In this document: positions 18,725-28,436 of the stretch, one piece after another | How positions within the stretch are numbered: the stretch's first letter is position 1 | How the letters are laid out: each line of letters opens with the position of its first letter | Assembly: GCA_965197645.1 (NCBI GenBank) | Contig: OZ240219.1 | Coordinates: forward strand, 1,952,001 to 2,016,000 | Length of the DNA: 64,000 nucleotides | Direction: 5' to 3' | From: Dehalococcoidia bacterium | GTDB lineage: Bacteria > Chloroflexota > Dehalococcoidia > Plut-88900 | Notes under the pieces: generated by a model | Told to the model about the DNA's origin: nothing | The model's input: the letters and a program-made list of their open reading frames with translations, nothing else | The model's database searches: none | Made by a program: the position numbers and the translations under genes

Positions 18725-18950
18725 CCATGTATGTTTGCCTTTTTGCGTTTCAGCAGGTCTAGCCCGTGCCTGGGCTGTGCATAGGGGACTAACTGACGTG
18801 CGTGCGCCAGGGAAGTTAGTCAATAGACCTGCCGCGTGTCCATGTATGCGCCCTTTTTGCGTTTCAGCAGGTCTAGCCCGTGTCCGGGCTGCGCGCAGGG
18901 AACCAGCTGACGTTGTGCGCCAGGTGAGCTTGTCAGTAAAGCCGGCCGTG
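18725..18950. repeat. Imperfect tandem duplication, period about 115 bp
   Basis: Units start CCATGTATG at 18725 and 18840 and share CCTTTTTGCGTTTCAGCAGGTCTAGCCCGTG. Confidence 0.8.
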
Positions 18951-19121
18951 GGGCTAGGAGTGTGGGGTATCGAGTTGTGCACTCTCGGGCAATCGCCGAA
19001 TCATCGACGTACCTGTCTTATCCGGGGAACCTTGTACCTACTCGGCGCATTCGACCTGAGCACTCTCTCAGCTCTACGGGCGCTCCCAGCCGGACTGGGC
19101 ACATCGTGCCGACTATACTTG

Positions 19122-19376
19122 CTAGACGCTCCGGTCGGTGAAGATATGGCCCAGGCCCAGGGAGTCGGCCAGTTCAAGGAGGGCGACCTGATGAGCCAGG
19201 TTGGGCCGTACCCCGTTGAATCTCCAACGTCGTATGGTGAGGGGGTAGGTTCTGAGACGGCGGGCGATCTCCGCCTACGACAGGCCGGACTCCACTTTGA
19301 ATCGCTCCAGACGCTGTGGGAAGTCGTGGGGGAAGACGTGGATCCTTCGGCTGTAGTATGTGCGCTCTCTCAACAT
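19122..19376 (-). pseudogene. Small XRE-like HTH regulator with in-frame stop
   Basis: Own translation: MLRERTYYSRRIHVFPHDFPQRLERFKVESGLS*AEIARRLRTYPLTIRRWRFNGVRPNLAHQVALLELADSLGLGHIF; TAG at 19275-19277, probably from TGG. Confidence 0.65.
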
Positions 19377-19635
19377 GGCGCAGCCGGCCTCCCGCAGGAC
19401 GCATTGGGACTCTTTCAAACGCGAGCGCAGGCATCGCCTTTCCCGTCCGCCTCAGACCGAGGTCGTTCCGTATCCCGGTCGGTACGTTTGCCTCCCACGC
19501 TCTATCCATGTGTGCGGGCTTTTTTCGTTGCCTTCTACCGGCCCCGACCGCTGACGGTCGGCGCCAACTCGTCGGCCAACTTTCTGCCGTCGCTCGTGCG
19601 GATGGTTCCCTCGCGTTCGCAGTCCTCGATACCTG

Positions 19636-22600
19636 CTACGGGGCCTCGGGGATATCGATGTGGTACCAGCGGGACCGCTCGCTTGTTCCGTGCTCGTTGA
19701 TGGCCTTGATCCGGTATGTGTAAGTGGCGCCGGCCGCCACCGTGTCGTCGGTGTAGGTGGTGGCGGCGCTGCCCGTGTCCGCGACCAATGCACTGAAGTC
19801 GCCCCCGGTATTGTTCTCGCGGACGCGCCGCAGGATCACGTAGCCGGTGATGGTGTCGTCGCCGGGGTCGTCCCAGGTGAGGACCACCTGGCCGTCCGAC
19901 TCCGTGGCTTCGAGGCCCGTGGGCTTGTCGGGTACGGGAGCTGCCGGAGTGTCGATGTGGGACCAGCGCGAGCGCTCGCTCGTTCCGGCCCCGTTGATGG
20001 CCTTGATCCGGTAGGTGTAGCGAGTCTCAGCCGCCACCGTGTTGTCGGTGTAGGTGGTGGCGTCCGTGCCCGTGTCCGCCACCAGCTCATTGAAGTGGCC
20101 CTCCGGGTCGACCCCGGGAATGCGGCGCAGTATCACGTAGCCGGTGATGCTGTCGTCGCCGGGGTCGACCCAGGTGAGAGTCACTGAGTCGTGGGTCGCC
20201 GTGGTGGCTTCGAGGCCCCTGGGCTTGTCCGGCGGCTCCGTGGGTTGAGCACCGGCCACAGCAGCTGTGGCCGCGCTGGTCAACGTCTCACCGTTGCCCG
20301 CGTCGTCCGTGAAGGTGACCTTCACCTTGATGGCCTTGCCCTCGTCGACGTCAACCAGGATGTAGGTCGAGCCAGTGGCGCCTGCGATTTCGATGTCGTC
20401 CGCAAGCCACTGGTACTCGTACTGGACGCTGCTAAGACCGTCCGCGTCGGCGATATCCGACGTGTTAGCTGTCAGTGTCTCCCCCACATAGGCCGTGCCG
20501 CCGATGGTGGGAACGCCGGTGGCAAGAGAGTTGGGCCGGGCTGCCACCGCCTCCGTAGCCCCGCTGGTCAGCGTCTCTTCATTGCCCGCGTCGTCAGTGA
20601 AGCTCACCCGAACCTCGATGACCTTGCCCTCGTCGGTAGCCACCAGGGTGTAGGTGGCGTTGGTCGCTCCCGCGATGTCGGAGTCGTCTGCAAGCCACTG
20701 GTACTCGTACTGGATGTTGCTAAGCCCATCCGCGTCGGCGACCCCCGATGTGTCCGTCGTCAGCGTCTCCCCCACCTGCGCCGTGCCATTGATGGTCGGC
20801 GCTCCGGTGGCAGGAGAATTGGCAGCAGCGGATGCCGACAGGACGCTGAAGACCCACGGGCGTGCCTGCTTGATCGACAGTACATTGTCGCTGGTGATCT
20901 TGAACTCGATCTCCATGGCGAACTCTTGGCCGGGTCCGATGCCGTACAGCTCCTCGAACTCGTCATGGATCGCTTCGAGATGACGGCGCAGCTGACCCAA
21001 TTGGGCGTCGCTCATAAGGAGTTGTCCCGCGGGAACCAGATTGGAGCGCGCGGTAACGGTGTAGGCGCCGTCAGGGTGCAACAGCATTTCCTCAGGCACC
21101 GAGTGTGCCTCGGGATTGGTGACCAGGTCCTCGCCCAACTGCGTGTTGACGTAGTAGCTCCCGTCTCTGCGGCCGAAGGGATCGAAGCTGACGGCGACGC
21201 CGTTGGCCAACTCGTCGGAGTAGTTGGGATGCACCAGCACCCCCATCACCGCCGTCAAGTGATCTATGCGGTGGAACTCGCGCTCGGTGAAGGCCCGGAA
21301 GTTCCACATGCTCGCCCAGACTCCCTTGATGGACTTGTCGATGCCGTCCTCCTCGGTCTCCTCCGGGTCCTGGGTCTTCGAGTCGTACAGCCCCGCGCCA
21401 CTGAAGCCGGGCAGGTCCTCGTTGTTGGTGCTGGACCGGTAGCGCAGCGACTGCCCATCGGGGTAGGTGGCGTGCATATCCTCCAGCGCCTCGATGATCC
21501 ACTCGGGCGTCTCCCCCTTCTTGATCTTCTTGCGCAGCTTCTTCAGCTCCTTCTCTTGGGTGTCGAAATCGCTCTGGAAATCCGGGTCGGCCAGCATCTC
21601 CTTGACGTCATCGTAGAAACCGTTGTGCTTCATGAACTCGTCGTAGAAGTAGAAGGGCACCGCGAACCCCTCCGGCACGGTGCCGTCCTCGAAGCCCAAC
21701 GTTCCCAGCACGGCCACGTTCGCCGCCTTGACACCGAACGCGGTCCAGTCGTCGAATTCGATGTCGCCCAAGGCGGTGATCTGTGTGACCGCGAGGTCCC
21801 GCTCGGGCGTCTGGGTCTGCGCAGGGCGGGAGGCGGCGTAGTGGGCATCGACCTCCGCAGGCGTAGCGGCACGCAGGGTCCATCCGTACCCGGCCACCGT
21901 GTAGTGAACGTAGCTGTCGATGAGATCATCGATGTCGTCGTTGTCGAGGGCATCGCGGATGAAGGCGTTGGGGACGCCGTCCTGCACAGCTCGCAGGTTG
22001 ACGTGCGACAGCGGCGTCTGGGGCACGGTGGTGATGATGCCGGCGACACGGGAGAGCTCATTGGGCAGGGTCTCATAGATGACGACGTCGCGCGGGTCGG
22101 GGCGGTCCTCCAGCGCCATGACCCGGAGGAAACCGTACCCCTCCGCTTTGTTCAGGGAGATGAAGTCCACATCGGGGAAGATATCCTCCTCCAACAGCAC
22201 ATTGACTCGGGAATCGTCGAAGAGCGCCCGTTCCTCGTGATACAGCGGCAGAGCTCGCGCCGGCATCGGGTAGTACGCGAAGTTGTCGTCGAGCAGCGGC
22301 ATGCTGGCTGCCAGCACCTCGTACCCATAGGCCACTGCCTCGAACGGGTAGGCATCCTGAGGCTCGAACTCGAAGCGGTAGACGCCCAGGGAACCGTCGG
22401 GAGCGACCACATTGGGGTGGTATACGATCTCACCCCTCATCGCACCCTGCAACCAGAGAGGCTTGTGCCAAAGATCGATGACCCATCCAAACCAGGAGTG
22501 TGCCCGGTGTGTCTCGGTGTTCATGAAATAAACAACTGGGCGGTCGGTGTCCATGAGGAACAGGTAGAACTTGACGAACTCCAGGCCTCTGAGATGTTTA

Positions 22601-25161
22601 TCAATCACGACACGCCTGCCCTGGTAGGAAAGCGCCTCGAAGGTCTCACGGTCGGGAATCGCCACCACGCCGTCAACAAACTCGACAGGCGGCGCGGGGT
22701 TCAGGGGGTTCATCCCGGCCGGATCACCGAGTTCGGCGATGTCGTCGACGCAGTCGCCGTCGAGGTCGCCCGGCTCGGCGATGAGAAACTCATCGACCCG
22801 GTAGCGCTCAGCTGGGAGAGCCGAGAGCTGCTCGGTCAGCGTCGTCGTGCCGGCCTGACCCAAAGTCACCGACACCGGGATCTCCACCGCAGTCTCGCTG
22901 TTCAACTGGTGCATCACATAGAGCACGTAGTACTTCTCAACCGTGGACTCGACCACTACCGGAACCGACCCGACCGCAATCGACCTCGGCGCAGGACCCG
23001 AACCCGCTCCCGGACACTCGCTCGCCGGCTGCACCGGCATAGTCGACAGGCTCGCCCGGGTCTCCCGGTAGCGGGCGTCGTCGGTGAAGCTCACCCGCAC
23101 CCCGACGGCCCGGCCGGCCATGTCCGGCGTCAAGGTGAGGCTGGCGCCAGCAGCGCCGTCGATGTCGCTGTCCCCGGCCGTCCACTGGTAGGCGAAGCTG
23201 GCGTCGGCCATCCCGTCTGGATCGGCGATGCCCGATGTGTGCGCCCGCAGCACCTGGTTCACCCGGGCCATCCCGCTGATCGTGGGCGCTCCCGTGGCAC
23301 CATTGTTGGGCCGGGCGGCAACCACGGCCGTAGGCTCGCTGGTCAGCGACTCCACGTTCCCCGCGTCGTCGGTGAAGGACACCCGCACCCTGATGGTCCG
23401 CCCGACCTCGTTGCGTGTGAGGGTGAGGCTAGGGCCGTCGGCTCCGTCGATGTCCCTCCCTCGGGCCATCCACTGGTAGGCGAAGCCGGCGCCGGCGAGT
23501 CCGTCCGGGTCGGCGATGCCCGACGCATTGGCGGTGAGCGTCTCTCCCACCAGGGCGGTGCCGCTGATGGTGGGCGCTCCCGTGGCGCGACCGTCGGGGG
23601 CCGTCGGAAGCAGCCGGACCTCCACGGTATCTCCGTCGTTCCAACTCAGATCCGTTCCTCTCCACTGGTAGAGGTTGCCGTAGCTGTAGGACTGGAAGGA
23701 CGCATCAACGGAGGCGAACTGCTCCCCTTCCAGTTCCAGCACGAAGCCGAAGGGAAGCTGCCGGTCGAAGCCGATGTACATCCAGCCGCTCGTCTCGATC
23801 ATGTTCACGGTGTAGGTCGTGCCGTCCACCTCGAACGACGCCGGGGACAGGGATCCGGCCTGCTTGGCGCTGGTGGAGTAGTACCCCCAGCCCCAGTGGA
23901 CCCACTCCACCGTCATCGTAGCCGTCCAGGCGGGAGTAGGCTTGTCGGCCGGAGGCTCCTCGCTGCTCGAATCGCTGCCCGAATCCGGGCCTGGGACGGT
24001 GAATTCGGGCCGGTTGTGAAGTTTCCTGCCGTCGGCGGTGCAGATAGCTCCAGGCGCCTCGCACGTTCGGTCGGCCGGCAACGCGATGGTCACATCGCCG
24101 CTCGAGGCTGGGGCCACGGTGATTTCCCATATCCGGTGGGACCCGTTCACCCTTTCAACACCGGTAATCGAACCTCCGGTTACCTCCAGGGAATGGTCCC
24201 GGAGAGTCTCGCGGCCGGTTGCAATGTCCTGGCTGAAGTGGAGCCGGAAGGTGAACCCATCGACCCCGTTGTGGTTCTCCGGAGCCAGTCTGAACCACGC
24301 CGCCGGCGGGGCCAGCGGCAATTGCGGCACTGGAGCGTCTGCTCCCGAGGTCAGGGTCAGGCTCACTTCCAGCGTGTCCCCCGCAGACCAGTTCCAGTCC
24401 CGGGCCTCCCACCAATATGCGTCTCGGTACTTGGTGATCGGGCGCGAGCTCTCCCGCCTTTCATATTGAACATCGCCGATGCCTAGCGTGAAGTCCCCTT
24501 GCAGTTCCGGGTCAATGCCAAGGAACAGACCGTCGGATTGGTGTGCGAGCACCAGGACGCGGTACGTCGTCCCGTCCAAGGTGAAGGTGTCGGCTGAGAG
24601 TGTCCCGTCCATTCCCCAGGCTGAGTAGCCCGACGCCAAGGGTATGTAGGATGTGTCCGTGCCTACGGTCAACGCGGCGGACCATGCCACCAGGGCCACT
24701 GCAACAGTGGCCGTGCTGGTCAGCGTTTCTGCGTTGCCCGCTTCGTCGGTGAAGCTAACCCGCACCCTGATGGCCTTGCCCGCGTCGTCATCGGCCAGGG
24801 TGTAGGTCAAGCCGGTAGCACCGGCGATTTCAGCGTCGCCGGCAAGCCACCGGTAGGTGAACGACACATCCTCCAAGCCGTCCTCGTCGGCGATATTAGA
24901 CGTGTCCGCCGTCAGCGTCTCACCCACCTGGGCGGTGCCGCTGATGGTTGGCAGGCCGGTCGCCGGGGTGTTCTCAACACTAGCTTGGGCCAGCGGAACA
25001 CCCTTTCCCAACGAGGCGGCAAAGAGCAGGGTCAACGCAATCGCCAGAATGATGGCGGTTGCCAGGCTGCGATGGAAGGCGGACGGGGCCGCGGGCCTCA
25101 CGGCAACACGGGCTGCTGTGACCGCTGTCTCCACTCCGTTTATTGGCCTATCGAATCCCAA
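19636..25161 (-). CDS. Large secreted surface protein: Ig-like repeats + PEP/pyruvate-binding (PPDK/PEP synthase ATP-grasp) domain + two FN3
   Basis: Signal peptide; repeated ATGAPTISGTAQVGETLTADTSGIAD modules; FGVKAANV, VPEGFAVPF, RSSTNNEDLPGFSGAGLYDS, EIEFK...IKQARPW; C-terminal FN3 (YTYRIKAIN). Start uncertain. Confidence 0.85.
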   Translation of the reverse strand: MGFDRPINGVETAVTAARVAVRPAAPSAFHRSLATAIILAIALTLLFAASLGKGVPLAQASVENTPATGLPTISGTAQVGETLTADTSNIADEDGLEDVSFTYRWLAGDAEIAGATGLTYTLADDDAGKAIRVRVSFTDEAGNAETLTSTATVAVALVAWSAALTVGTDTSYIPLASGYSAWGMDGTLSADTFTLDGTTYRVLVLAHQSDGLFLGIDPELQGDFTLGIGDVQYERRESSRPITKYRDAYWWEARDWNWSAGDTLEVSLTLTSGADAPVPQLPLAPPAAWFRLAPENHNGVDGFTFRLHFSQDIATGRETLRDHSLEVTGGSITGVERVNGSHRIWEITVAPASSGDVTIALPADRTCEAPGAICTADGRKLHNRPEFTVPGPDSGSDSSSEEPPADKPTPAWTATMTVEWVHWGWGYYSTSAKQAGSLSPASFEVDGTTYTVNMIETSGWMYIGFDRQLPFGFVLELEGEQFASVDASFQSYSYGNLYQWRGTDLSWNDGDTVEVRLLPTAPDGRATGAPTISGTALVGETLTANASGIADPDGLAGAGFAYQWMARGRDIDGADGPSLTLTRNEVGRTIRVRVSFTDDAGNVESLTSEPTAVVAARPNNGATGAPTISGMARVNQVLRAHTSGIADPDGMADASFAYQWTAGDSDIDGAAGASLTLTPDMAGRAVGVRVSFTDDARYRETRASLSTMPVQPASECPGAGSGPAPRSIAVGSVPVVVESTVEKYYVLYVMHQLNSETAVEIPVSVTLGQAGTTTLTEQLSALPAERYRVDEFLIAEPGDLDGDCVDDIAELGDPAGMNPLNPAPPVEFVDGVVAIPDRETFEALSYQGRRVVIDKHLRGLEFVKFYLFLMDTDRPVVYFMNTETHRAHSWFGWVIDLWHKPLWLQGAMRGEIVYHPNVVAPDGSLGVYRFEFEPQDAYPFEAVAYGYEVLAASMPLLDDNFAYYPMPARALPLYHEERALFDDSRVNVLLEEDIFPDVDFISLNKAEGYGFLRVMALEDRPDPRDVVIYETLPNELSRVAGIITTVPQTPLSHVNLRAVQDGVPNAFIRDALDNDDIDDLIDSYVHYTVAGYGWTLRAATPAEVDAHYAASRPAQTQTPERDLAVTQITALGDIEFDDWTAFGVKAANVAVLGTLGFEDGTVPEGFAVPFYFYDEFMKHNGFYDDVKEMLADPDFQSDFDTQEKELKKLRKKIKKGETPEWIIEALEDMHATYPDGQSLRYRSSTNNEDLPGFSGAGLYDSKTQDPEETEEDGIDKSIKGVWASMWNFRAFTEREFHRIDHLTAVMGVLVHPNYSDELANGVAVSFDPFGRRDGSYYVNTQLGEDLVTNPEAHSVPEEMLLHPDGAYTVTARSNLVPAGQLLMSDAQLGQLRRHLEAIHDEFEELYGIGPGQEFAMEIEFKITSDNVLSIKQARPWVFSVLSASAAANSPATGAPTINGTAQVGETLTTDTSGVADADGLSNIQYEYQWLADDSDIAGATNATYTLVATDEGKVIEVRVSFTDDAGNEETLTSGATEAVAARPNSLATGVPTIGGTAYVGETLTANTSDIADADGLSSVQYEYQWLADDIEIAGATGSTYILVDVDEGKAIKVKVTFTDDAGNGETLTSAATAAVAGAQPTEPPDKPRGLEATTATHDSVTLTWVDPGDDSITGYVILRRIPGVDPEGHFNELVADTGTDATTYTDNTVAAETRYTYRIKAINGAGTSERSRWSHIDTPAAPVPDKPTGLEATESDGQVVLTWDDPGDDTITGYVILRRVRENNTGGDFSALVADTGSAATTYTDDTVAAGATYTYRIKAINEHGTSERSRWYHIDIPEAP

Positions 25162-25193
25162 ATCGAGTATCTCTTGAAAAAATGGGCGCAGCG

Positions 25194-26705
25194 TCAGTTG
25201 GACTCGTCGCTGTGCCAGCCCGAGCCGAACATCATCCCGTCCTGGCCGAGGATCCAGACCCGCACGTCCTCGGTGGTCACCCAGTTGCCCTCTGCGGTGG
25301 CCTCGAACCTATCCGTGCCGAGGAGGTCTTTGATGTCCCTTCCCACCATTGCTTTGTCGTAGTGGTCTATGATCGTGCCGCTTTCGTCGGCTATGAACGC
25401 GAACCAGTCCCCTTCAACGTTTTCGGCGCTGTTGTAGTAGGCGATGACCGCAGCCAGTCCCGCAAAAGCAATCTCGGGGCTGGCGAAGTAGGCGATGGTC
25501 CCCTCCAGCCCTACTTCACGGAACACGCGGGCAGCTGTGGCCACCAGGGACTTGGTGAACTCGTCGGCGTTAATGTACCAGCCGGAGGCGAACAGCAGGC
25601 CGTCGTGCCGCACGGCCCAGACGTTCTTGAGCTCCAGGTGATCGAAATCGATACCAAGACCCCCGCTCTCCGGGTTCCGGTACACGTAGGACACCCACTT
25701 GCCGTCCTCGGTGGCCGACAGCATCTCCGGCCCGAAGTTGTAGCCGTTGGCGTCTGTGCCCACCCAGCCCTTCACGTCCAGCCCCAGGCGCCGTGCGTCG
25801 GGATGGCCGATGACCAGATCGTTCTCGTCGATGATGAAGACGTACCACTGGCCGTCGACGCTCTCCGGGCGGTTGTAGTAGGCGAGGGTCTCCTCCAGGC
25901 CCACGGCGTCGTACAGGTTCGTCGCCTGCTGGACGAACGCCTTGGTGTAGGCGGGGGTGTCCGACTTGCTGGGGCCGGACTCGTACCAGCCGGACCCGAA
26001 GATCAACCCGTCGTGGATAATCACCCAGGAGTGCTTGATCTCCACAGCGCCGGAGGCGGGATTGGCATAGGTGTAGTCGAACCAGGCGCCGCTCTCCGTG
26101 GCTGAGGCGGCGATCGCAGCCCCCGCGGGGTAGGCGTTGGGACCGAGTGCCTGCGAAGCGCGCTTGCCCAAGAGGTCCGGGGCCGCGGCGTTAGCCATGA
26201 TGGTTTGGTTCCCGTCGGCGATGAAGACGTACCACTGACCATCTATGCTCTCCGGGCGGTTATAGTAGGCGAGGGTGGCGTCGAGTCCCTGGGTCTCGTA
26301 CATGGTGATGGCGTTGTCGACGAAGAACCTGGTGTACTCGGCGGGGGCGGACTTGGGCGGAATGGAGGCCACTACGCCCCGCGCTATCCGCTCGGCCTCT
26401 GCGGCGGTCAGCCTGGCTTGAGGTTCGGGGATGGCCGCGATCGCAGCCTCGACTATCTCCTCGACCTCATTTTCGGTCAGTCCCGCTTCCGGCTGAGACA
26501 TGTCCGCCAACGCCCTGCGGATCGCCTCCTCCACGTCGGTGGAGGTGAGTCCCGGCTCCGGTGCGGGCGCATCGGCCAGCTCCTCACGCACGATCTCCTC
26601 TACCTCGACGCGGGACAGCCCGTCTCCGTCTCCGCAGGCAGCAAGGAGGAGGACGGCCAGCATGGCCAGCGCCGCCAACGACAATGGGACCTTGGTGATC
26701 TTCAT
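25194..26705 (-). CDS. Lipoprotein with three tandem single-Cache domains
   Basis: Lipobox LAAC; three repeats of GLxxTLAYYN...DGQWYVFI...GxWxxY...HDGLxFxSGWY; no TM or signalling domain. Confidence 0.85.
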   Translation of the reverse strand: MKITKVPLSLAALAMLAVLLLAACGDGDGLSRVEVEEIVREELADAPAPEPGLTSTDVEEAIRRALADMSQPEAGLTENEVEEIVEAAIAAIPEPQARLTAAEAERIARGVVASIPPKSAPAEYTRFFVDNAITMYETQGLDATLAYYNRPESIDGQWYVFIADGNQTIMANAAAPDLLGKRASQALGPNAYPAGAAIAASATESGAWFDYTYANPASGAVEIKHSWVIIHDGLIFGSGWYESGPSKSDTPAYTKAFVQQATNLYDAVGLEETLAYYNRPESVDGQWYVFIIDENDLVIGHPDARRLGLDVKGWVGTDANGYNFGPEMLSATEDGKWVSYVYRNPESGGLGIDFDHLELKNVWAVRHDGLLFASGWYINADEFTKSLVATAARVFREVGLEGTIAYFASPEIAFAGLAAVIAYYNSAENVEGDWFAFIADESGTIIDHYDKAMVGRDIKDLLGTDRFEATAEGNWVTTEDVRVWILGQDGMMFGSGWHSDESN

Positions 26706-26768
26706 GTTAGTTGTCCGCTTCGTTCATCATGTATTCAGTAGCGGCTTGACGGGGCAATTCACAACCCG

Positions 26769-28340
26769 CTACAGGCCCCCGATGTCCGCCGACACCATGT
26801 GACCTGAGTCGGCGGCGACGGCGTCGTGAGTCAGGACCGCTGGATTTCCAACCGAGTTGCTGATGAAACCGTCGTTCAGGGTCAGTTTGTTCGCGCCTAT
26901 GGCTATGCCGTCGCTGTCCATGTCGCCGCCGGCGACCACGTAGGTGAAGGTCAGCGTCGCGCCGGCGGGAGGATGGAAGTCGGCGCTCCTGGCTTCGCCG
27001 CCGACATTCAATTCGATCTGCGGCGTGCCTCTTACCCCGACAAATTCGCTGAACGTCACCGAAACGCTTATGGAGTCTCCAAGCCCGTAGGTATCGTCAC
27101 TCCCGGGATCGGACGTGATTGCGACACCAGTTATGGTGGGAGCCCCGGCCGGGTCGGTTCTCTCCACCACGTCAGTGACAGTCACCGTGACGTCCAGCGA
27201 GCCGTCCTTCATCCCCGGTACAGACGCCGTCACCGTGATTTCGTACACATTGTCGCCGTCCGAATCGGCAGGGTCCTCGAAATCGGGTGGACTCTTGAAT
27301 GAGAGGGTCCCGTCGGTGGTGATCTCGAAGTCCCCGCTGTCGTCGCCCGTCAACCCGAACGTCGGGTCCTCCTGTCCGTAGAAGCCGGTTGTCTGGACGT
27401 ATCTTCCTATCGCTCGACGGTGGTTCTCGCGCACCACCGGGGACTGATTGCCGTGCAGTTCCAGGGTGGGAGAGCCGTCGACCTTGTGCCCAGCATCGTC
27501 CTGGACAGCGTCGCTTGAGAGGACCAGGGCCAGTCCGGCGGCGCTTTCGAGGCTGGCGCCATTCGGGTTGAGCGCGTCAGCCTTGAACGAGATGCCGTCG
27601 GCGTCCTGGTCGTTCCATCTCACGTAGTACAGAAAGAGGTAGGCGGCTCCGGAGCCGCCATTGGAGATGGCCACTCTGTCCCCATCTCCAATCACGAAGT
27701 TGAGCTGGGGTCTGCCGCCCCTGGGGCGAACGTCGATGTTGAAAGACACCTTGAATTCGATGGTGTCCGTTCTCTGGTAGGTGTCGTCGTCTCCCGGGTC
27801 GGAAAAGATCTCGATGCCTGTAATGACCGGCGTCACGCCAACCCTGTGCCCGATGTCATCATCAAGGCCGTCGTGGGCCAGATTGGCCTCGTTACCGTCA
27901 GCATCCTCAATGGAACTGCCGCCAAACATCCGAAGGGAGTTTGCCTTGACGGATACGCCATCGGTGTCCAGGTCAATGTTGCTGACCCAGGCCGCAAATA
28001 CAGCCTCTGCGCCCGATGCGCTTTCGTAGCGGGCTTTGGCCTCTCTATTCCCGATTTCCACTATCAGGCCAGGGAATCCCTCTACGACGACATCCTCGCT
28101 GAACGTCACAGCGACCCTTATGTAGTCCTCAACGCCGTATACGCCGTCGTCTCCGGGATCGGACGTGATCTCAAGCGACGATACGGTAGGCGCCCCGGCG
28201 CCATCATTGGCGGCCGCGGATTGAGGCCCTTCCCCCAAAAGGGACACAGAGCAGATGGCGGCCAGGAGCATTAGAGCGGACAACAGGCGGACCCCGCCGT
28301 ACCTCTTCAGTTCGGCTCGATTGCTATTCGGGTTTCTCAT
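26769..28340 (-). CDS. Secreted Ig-like/cadherin-domain protein ending in GGL
   Basis: Signal peptide; three ITSDPGDDxTY...VTFSE repeats; cadherin motif PDFEDPADSDGDNVYEITV; ends ADIGGL. Confidence 0.8.
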   Translation of the reverse strand: MRNPNSNRAELKRYGGVRLLSALMLLAAICSVSLLGEGPQSAAANDGAGAPTVSSLEITSDPGDDGVYGVEDYIRVAVTFSEDVVVEGFPGLIVEIGNREAKARYESASGAEAVFAAWVSNIDLDTDGVSVKANSLRMFGGSSIEDADGNEANLAHDGLDDDIGHRVGVTPVITGIEIFSDPGDDDTYQRTDTIEFKVSFNIDVRPRGGRPQLNFVIGDGDRVAISNGGSGAAYLFLYYVRWNDQDADGISFKADALNPNGASLESAAGLALVLSSDAVQDDAGHKVDGSPTLELHGNQSPVVRENHRRAIGRYVQTTGFYGQEDPTFGLTGDDSGDFEITTDGTLSFKSPPDFEDPADSDGDNVYEITVTASVPGMKDGSLDVTVTVTDVVERTDPAGAPTITGVAITSDPGSDDTYGLGDSISVSVTFSEFVGVRGTPQIELNVGGEARSADFHPPAGATLTFTYVVAGGDMDSDGIAIGANKLTLNDGFISNSVGNPAVLTHDAVAADSGHMVSADIGGL

Positions 28341-28436
28341 CTCACTCTCCTTTCATGCCGGCCAAGAGGCGCCGACGCCGCCAAGGACAACTTGCTCAAC
28401 TTCCGGTTAGTCATATGTCTGTGCCTCCGCAAGCCA

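Larger units (their letters stand above)
1..18950. mobile_element. Part of an integrative conjugative element / plasmid-like element, running off the left edge
   Basis: VirB6/TrbL-like gene plus co-oriented primase, Rad52, SSB, RadC, methyltransferase, helicase, PRTRC-type genes and DUF2958, a set typical of conjugative elements. No integrase or relaxase in the window; right boundary approximate. Confidence 0.75.

Noticed and set aside
1-18950. Prophage
   Set aside because: No capsid, terminase, tail or lysis genes; a VirB6-like gene and PRTRC/methylase/helicase content point to a conjugative element.
20191-24486. 1431-aa + strand ORF and other long antisense ORFs (e.g. 6026..7732, 12785..14098, 42635..43717)
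   Set aside because: Shadow frames of GC-rich genes on the opposite strand; no recognisable motifs.
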